DNA of 64,000 nucleotides from Lytechinus pictus (Eukaryota): the NCBI RefSeq assembly GCF_037042905.1, contig NC_087248.1, forward strand, positions 13,454,001 to 13,518,000, read 5' to 3'. A model generated the notes under the pieces. That model worked only from the letters and a program-made list of their open reading frames with translations, ran no database searches and was not told where the DNA came from. Shown one piece after another: positions 57,429 to 64,000 of this stretch. Numbering within the stretch: position 1 is the first letter of the stretch; the number at the start of each line of letters is the position of its first letter. Both the position numbers and the translations under genes were made by a program.

Positions 57429-60008
57429 CTTATTAATGCATATTCCATTGCATATCTGTGAATAATGTAACATTTTCTAAGAAATGTGCAATTGTGATAT
57501 TGTTTCTAATTTATTCATCAATAGTATTTTGTTCAGGTATTTCTGATCTATTATAATGTTTTCTAACAGTAAATGATTAGGTGTTTAATTTAATAACTAT
57601 AAAAATGCATAATTCACTATAGTTGTTAACTCATTTATCTTCCGGCCCGATGGCTAAGGCATTTTTTTGGCCATGATATTAAGTTGCCTGTTTTTTTTAT
57701 ATCCAAGTCACAGTAGGAAGTTGACATATTTCCTGTTAAAACAATATTACCAATACCAGATTGGACTTATTTTACTAGCTTTATTTTGTTTTATTAAAAA
57801 TTGTCTTTAATCGAAGTCGATTTCCTCAAACGTTGATATATATTTGTTTGAATTTCCTTCCTAGTCCTTTTTATTTCTACATCAGGGGTGCTGCGCGGGG
57901 GGGGGGGGGGTATGGCTGATCACAGCCAATTGAAAAACCCACCCATACCACAAAAAACACGGAGTGGTAACCGGTTGGGCTAGAGAGGCCTTGTCAACAA
58001 AGTCAAGCCAATCTTACAATCAATAGTGGTGACGAAAATATACAGTAAGCCTTCCTCGTATCAAAGATCTAATACGTGTGATGACACCATGCAGTTGGTA
58101 TAATCAGATAATGCAGATAGACAGCGACCTGTCAGCTCCGTGAATCATGAAATACTTGCCATGGTTGCCAAGAAGAACGATGAGCTGGCTCGGAAGTGCA
58201 TATTAAACAGGTAGCATGGGTTGCCCCAGGTAAAAAAAAAAACGTTTTAAACAAGAGAGAGAGAGAGAGAGGGGTTGTATTCTACGGCGTTTCGCGCACA
58301 TTCGGGGGTCAGAAAGAGGCGTTTGGGTGTGTGCGTGAGGGAGTGTGTGTATGGGGGGTGTATGATAAGTCTAATTTTCCGCCCTAATTTTCTTTTTCAT
58401 ACAACACAATTCATGTAGGAAGATTTACAAAGTTGACAATGATTTTTTTTTTGCTTAAAACATATGCCGTAACAGCATGAACAGGGGTTTTCTTGTCACT
58501 GTCCTGCTGAGGTTTGCCTCCGCTAAAATATGTAAAAAAAAAATGTACTGGGAAACTCTTGAAAAATTAGAATAGATTAAAGACATTAAAAGACATGATG
58601 TATTAAAAATATGTTTTCGAAAGATAATGCGCACCACGTTTTTTCGGTTTGGAGTCGCCTGCTAAATCTATTACTTTTTAGTCGATTGCGCTCGGAAATA
58701 AGGGTAACATTCAGTCCCATTGAATTTAATCCTATATACAGCTTTAGTAAAGCTTTAATGTAATGAACTGTGTGACTTTTTTTTATTCATGGGCATACAC
58801 TTCTATGACAAGATCACAAAACGAAATTTAATAGATTCTCTGATCGATTCCTCAAATTATTTGCAAAAAAACAGTAGTACAATGTAACACCTTTTGAGGC
58901 TCAAATATCATGAATATCCTGCAGAAAGAAAGACTCGATATTATCATAATTATGCCGTTGATTGTCCTTAAAATGTAATTGTGATGAACTTATTGGAGAT
59001 GAAATTATATGTTTTTTTCGTTTTATTAATTTGTTCACCTTATTATTTATTTATTCATTCATTTTCACAATTTCAGACATCGTATTTGTTAACGTCCTGT
59101 GCACTTCACTATAAAATTGTGTCTGACTATTGAGGGAAGGTGAACGAAGTAAATGCCGTAGGGAATGGTGAAAATGAAATTGAACCATCAGTGTCACATG
59201 ACCACATCACCTTATCAATACGAATGACCCTGCCACAAACGGGTATTTTTAAGCCGATTTAATCTAGTTACCCTTGTAAATGTATGTCTTAGGTAAAGGA
59301 ACAAGTCTTTAATAAATATTATTCATTAACTATTAGATTTAAAAGAGGAATAGAGTGGGGGAATTAACTTGAGGAGACTTAACATGCTCAACAGACCTAC
59401 ATGAAATTATCCAATGCAATCACTGTCTGAAGACAAGGAACAAGTTGTTTATAATAAACATTAACCATGGATTTTGAAAGAGGAACAAGGTGGGAAAATT
59501 AATTTTTGAGGAGACTTGCAGAATGAGATAATTCATCAAACTTTTTTTTCAGCTTTCAGATTTGTTCAATTAACGTCATGAACGAGTTAAACTCGACTAA
59601 TGAGTAACTGACAATTGAAACTACAATAACCAAAATTAGTTTGAAAACAAGAGCAATAATGATATGGAACACGAGACAAATACAGAGAATGACCTTCCGA
59701 CCAACTTGTTTTGATTGAAACCGTCTTGAATGTATTATCCATTTCAACACAGCGTTGTTTAACAAAGCAATCGCGTGACAAGATTTCAATCGCAGTAGTT
59801 TTTATCATTGTTTTTTTATTTTTTATTTACGTACATACCTGGACATAATGTAAAGGTGGTAATTAACATAGGCCTACACATGTTTACATGCTTAAAATAT
59901 GATAAAAACATGTGCAGACGTTTGAAGAAAACCTTTATTATGATATTTTATATCCTTTTTATTACCACCTACAGGGGCGAATTGAACATAATGGAATCTA
60001 CTTACTTG

Positions 60009-61049
60009 TACACACTTAAAATATTTGGCAACATACTGTCCACTATGTTGGGTAATGTATGTTGGTAAAATATATATACAGTGCGTCCCACAAAAAACGA
60101 AACCGAGATTTATCGATGATTTATCATAAATTAATCACAAATACAATAGACAAATGACCTACCATTGTAAAGCTTAGAATCTCCTCTTTCATCTGAAATT
60201 ACTTAGATTATTATTCACGCATGAGTGAGCAAAAACAATTTGAAGAGGGGATACCAAAAAGTCATTTGGCGGGCTATATCTGGGTGTCAAAAAGAAAACC
60301 CCATTTTTAAACGGTTCAATATCTGCTCTTTAATTTGAACCTCAATTTCAGAAAATGGTCAAGAAATAACAAAGTTCTGGTTATTTGAAATAAGGCTTGA
60401 ATTTCAATAATTTCATAAAATTAAGAGGTTCAACAGACTAGCGTTCAAACTCACTTGACACTCCTATCCGTTTTGTTGACAGTCAGCCATGAATTAAGTC
60501 TTTTGTTAACCATGCGATAGCTTCTGTGGGAAACCGGTGAAAACACGTTTATTTAATGAAATTATGGAAATACAAGCATTGTTTCGAAGGAACATTACTT
60601 TTTTACTTCTTGACCGTTTTTTGTGATTAAGGTATCAAATACAAGAGCAGATATTGAACTTTATGGCATGTGATTTTCTTTTTGAAATTCAGACCCCCCC
60701 CGCCAAATGAGTTTTTGGTATCCTTTCTTCAAATTGTTTTTGCTCACTCATGCGTGAATGGGGAATAATCTAAGTAATATCAGATGAAAGAAGAGATTCT
60801 AAGCTTTACATTGGTAGGTCATTTGTCTATTGTATTTGTGATTAAATTATGATAAATCATCGCTTAATCTCGGTTTCGTTTTTTCTAGGACGCACTGTAT
60901 ATTGGGCAATTATTATCCAAATTAATACCCAATTATTAGTTTTAATTACCCAATTTGGGCATATTTTAACCAATAGTTGTGTGGACAGTATATGTTGCCC
61001 AGGGTTGTTTAGAGTTGGGCATTTTTGCCCAACTATTTTGAGAGTGTAC
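60009..61049. mobile_element. TACAC...GTGTA-type MITE interrupted by a Tc1/mariner-like MITE
   Basis: tacacacttaaaata ... tattttgagagtgta; internal inverted atactgtccac/gtggacagtat. Confidence 0.55.
60079..60897. mobile_element. Tc1/mariner-like MITE with long TIRs
   Basis: cagtgcgtcc...aaaacgaaaccgagatt / aatctcggtttcgtttt...ggacgcactg; TA TSD; inverted arms of ~200 bp or more. Confidence 0.88.
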
Positions 61050-61177
61050 ATTTCGTGGATGACTCAGAAGTAAATGGTGGTGGTGGGTTTTAATAAGACT
61101 GATATGGTTTTAATGCTTGCCAAAAAAAAAAAAAATTCAAGCGAAACCGACTGCTATACTGTATGTTTAACAAAATG

Positions 61178-61490
61178 TACACTCTACAAAATATTGGGTA
61201 AAAATGCTCCATGAAGGTAAATATGTGTCCAACCATTGGACATTTCTTTTGGGCATTTTTATTGAAAATTTGATAATAAAACCCTTCAGAAGTCTTGATT
61301 TCATTCAGATTTATGTATTGAAAAATGAAAATGTTGCCCATTTTAAAGTAATCATGGTAATTGCTGCTAATTTTTTTAACCTTACTAGACAATATGATTC
61401 CCGCATTGGATAAAATACTGCCCCAACTTGGTTGGACACATGATTACCCTCGTGCTAGTTAAAATTGTACCCAATATATTTTACAGTGTA
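61178..61490. mobile_element. TACAC...GTGTA-type MITE
   Basis: tacactctacaaaatattgggta ... tacccaatatattttacagtgta. Confidence 0.65.
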
Positions 61491-61748
61491 GTGTGTGGAT
61501 CTCTATTGTCATCAATTATGTCATATTGAACAAGGGCATTCTACCCAGCATCTTATATTCAGTTTTATTTAATCAGGGAGGCCTCATTAGTTATAAAACT
61601 GTTGTCCTTGTGTACTCTAAGATAAAAAGCGATATATACAACATCTACAAACCACAATACCCTAATCGGGTTCTATGACGTGCTCTTCCCTTCATCTGCA
61701 TATTTGCTAATGTTAATGTTAATTACTTGTTAAATATTGTTCAATATA

Positions 61749-62717
61749 CAGTGCGTATCAAAAAAAAGTTTACACTTTGAAAAAGCCCTGGAAATAAAAA
61801 AGCATACAACGTGTGGGTAATTTTTTCACATATAATCTTAGGTTTGGGTCTCATCTATCCAATGAAGGTAAAAGTTTTGACAGAATGTTACACTTGAGTG
61901 AGCACTGTCCATTTTTGTAAAGCTCGCAGAAATCTGTTTGCGCGGAAATGCTCGTTTTCACGCTGTGTCAAGGAGAAAGGGTGAAATCAAATTTACCCTG
62001 CGAAACATTTCTCAAACATTTCCCTTGCACTTTTAGTCAATTGAAATAAAACAGATACACTCAAGCATTTTGTAACAATTTTGCCACTCCAATTGAAATT
62101 ACAACACTTAGTAAGCACAACCTTTACCCTTTTTGTGCCAGCTGGATCTGAGGGCATAACTAAATCTGAACAAAAGTTTATATCAGACACCTCCAGCATT
62201 TTTTGACTAAGTTTTTATCATTTAAAGTGGGTTTACATTTCATTTATTATTTAATACTTGTTTCTCCACACCCTTTCCAAGCTTGACAATGAATAACAAA
62301 ATAAAAAAAATTCATGTAAATCACAGCTCAGTGTAAAGCAAATATCGTCACGATGGCCTCGGTGTGTGGGGAGTGGGGTGGGGCGCAATGCACTCTTCAA
62401 AGTGTTTTGGGCAAGGAAACAAGTTAAAAAAGGTAAAGTATCTTCAAATCAATTTTACTTGCTAAACACTTGTTCTCCATGATTAAGGTCTACTTTTATT
62501 CGCATAACTATTTCAAGGTTCTGCGCAAATCATTTTTCACTAACTTTTCAAAAGTAAGTGGTGCTCACTCAAGAGGAAATATTTTTCGACAGTTATATTG
62601 TCATTTGCTTAAATGAATCTGTACCAATGTTAAAATGTGGAAAAATCTTCAGAATATTACAAATGTATAATTTTACAGGATTTTTTCTAAGTGTAAACTT
62701 TTTTTTGATACGCACTG
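61749..62717. mobile_element. Tc1/mariner-like non-autonomous element
   Basis: TIR cagtgcgtatcaaaaaaaagtttacactt ... aagtgtaaacttttttttgatacgcactg; TA TSD. Confidence 0.88.
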
Positions 62718-62901
62718 TATATTGACATTATGCATATCAGTACACTTTTTGAATAGTACGGACACAATTCCTGGTCAGAAATTAAAAGTTGGAAGAATGG
62801 CGAAATATGTATATCATGTCATATTTCTTCTCACAATAGGGTATAACAACCAGAAATTGATATAATAAATAACGAAATATGTTAAAAATTGAGAATGTAT
62901 A

Positions 62902-63163
62902 CACTGTTAGAAAATTTATCCTTAAAATAAAAGAAGTTCCTGCAGCAGAGTCTCGAGAACACCTGTAATCTTACCAGATTGCGTAAAATAACAGGAAATC
63001 TGTATTTGGTGTATGTAACCTCCTTACAAATGTCCTTAAATAAAACACCCTTTTTCCCTTTTTAAACAGACCTTTTCTGTTAAATTGCAGAAAAATTCCT
63101 GTTTTATGAATTTACAGAATGATTCTGTTATTGCTTTCTGTAAGATCAGGGCTTTTTTAAGTG
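62902..63163. mobile_element. Short TACAC...GTGTA-type MITE
   Basis: tatacactgttagaaaa ... ttttttaagtgtata. Confidence 0.45.
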
Positions 63164-64000
63164 TATAAAGAAGAAGAAAAAAGACTATTGACATGATCTG
63201 ATCAATGGGTATCTGATTCAAGGGTAGTTCAAAATACTATTTTAGGCAGGCCTACATGTATACCATCTTTGTACGAGTGTCATGATTTCGGGTGATGAGG
63301 GTAATTTACAATGTAAGGTATGGATTTTGCTCGTGACAAGCGCATTTTAATTACTAGTATGTAAACAAAGTCCTTGCATGCCTTATGACATCAATCCCTA
63401 TATACATGCATACACCAACGACGATACTATGATTTTAGATGTACATGTACTTTGATTGGTCACACTTTGCTCGATTGTGAGTTTTGTAATTATTTACTTT
63501 TGATATTCGCTAGACCTTGTCAACAAAATGGTAACAAATGTGCATGGCAAGTATGGGGTAAACATGGCAAAGTCTTCTTAAAGTAAATTGATTAGGTTAT
63601 CTAGGGAAGAAAACCCCGATCTTCTCGCAGTTGATAACATACAAAATTATTGGCAGGAAATCCATATTACGAGCATAAACATCACATGACTGACAAATTA
63701 TTAAACACAATATGCACCTTAACGCGCGAGTCCACCCACACACGCGCACACATTATAACACACACTCTTCCATGCACATCACGCGCAACAAGAGACAAAT
63801 ACGTTTAGCCAATGAGTCATGACGCTGAATCTCCTCTTATTCATGCCCAGTGCGGCTATTATCCACAAGATTTCGCGCCATGGATAAGGATTAAATTAAG
63901 ATCCTTACTTAACCATGCATAGACATGATAGATGCACAACTGCAATTTCCTGCAATAACCATAAAATAATACACACTGATATGGAAAGAATATATTGATA

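Overview
AT-rich eukaryotic (animal) genomic DNA with one assembly gap (14283-14466). The repeat landscape resembles an echinoderm, probably a sea urchin; this is an inference, not a search result. The central feature (11352-44224, minus strand) is a head-to-tail tandem array of six paralogous type-I transmembrane receptor genes whose whole CDS lies in one exon (581-735 aa). Each encodes a signal peptide, an atypical V-like Ig domain lacking the canonical B-F disulfide, a second 4-Cys Ig-like domain, a CC-containing third domain, a Ser/Thr stalk, one TM helix, and a long low-complexity tail. The tails carry different subsets of conserved tyrosine motifs (YC[ST]V ITIM-like, Y[AS]KPD[ML]SRKT, YDDPR, YxN). 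The paralogs are very divergent except genes 5 and 6, which come from a segmental duplication. Gene 5 has lost most of its tail through a nonsense change and a MITE insertion. A TE-nested block between genes 5 and 6 looks like the scar of a deleted unit. The flanks hold two defective CR1/L2-group LINEs, a DIRS/Ngaro-type tyrosine recombinase fragment, two Penelope-like fragments with hammerhead-like motifs, a SINE, many MITEs, and possibly a decayed spliced KDZ/Zisupton-like transposase.
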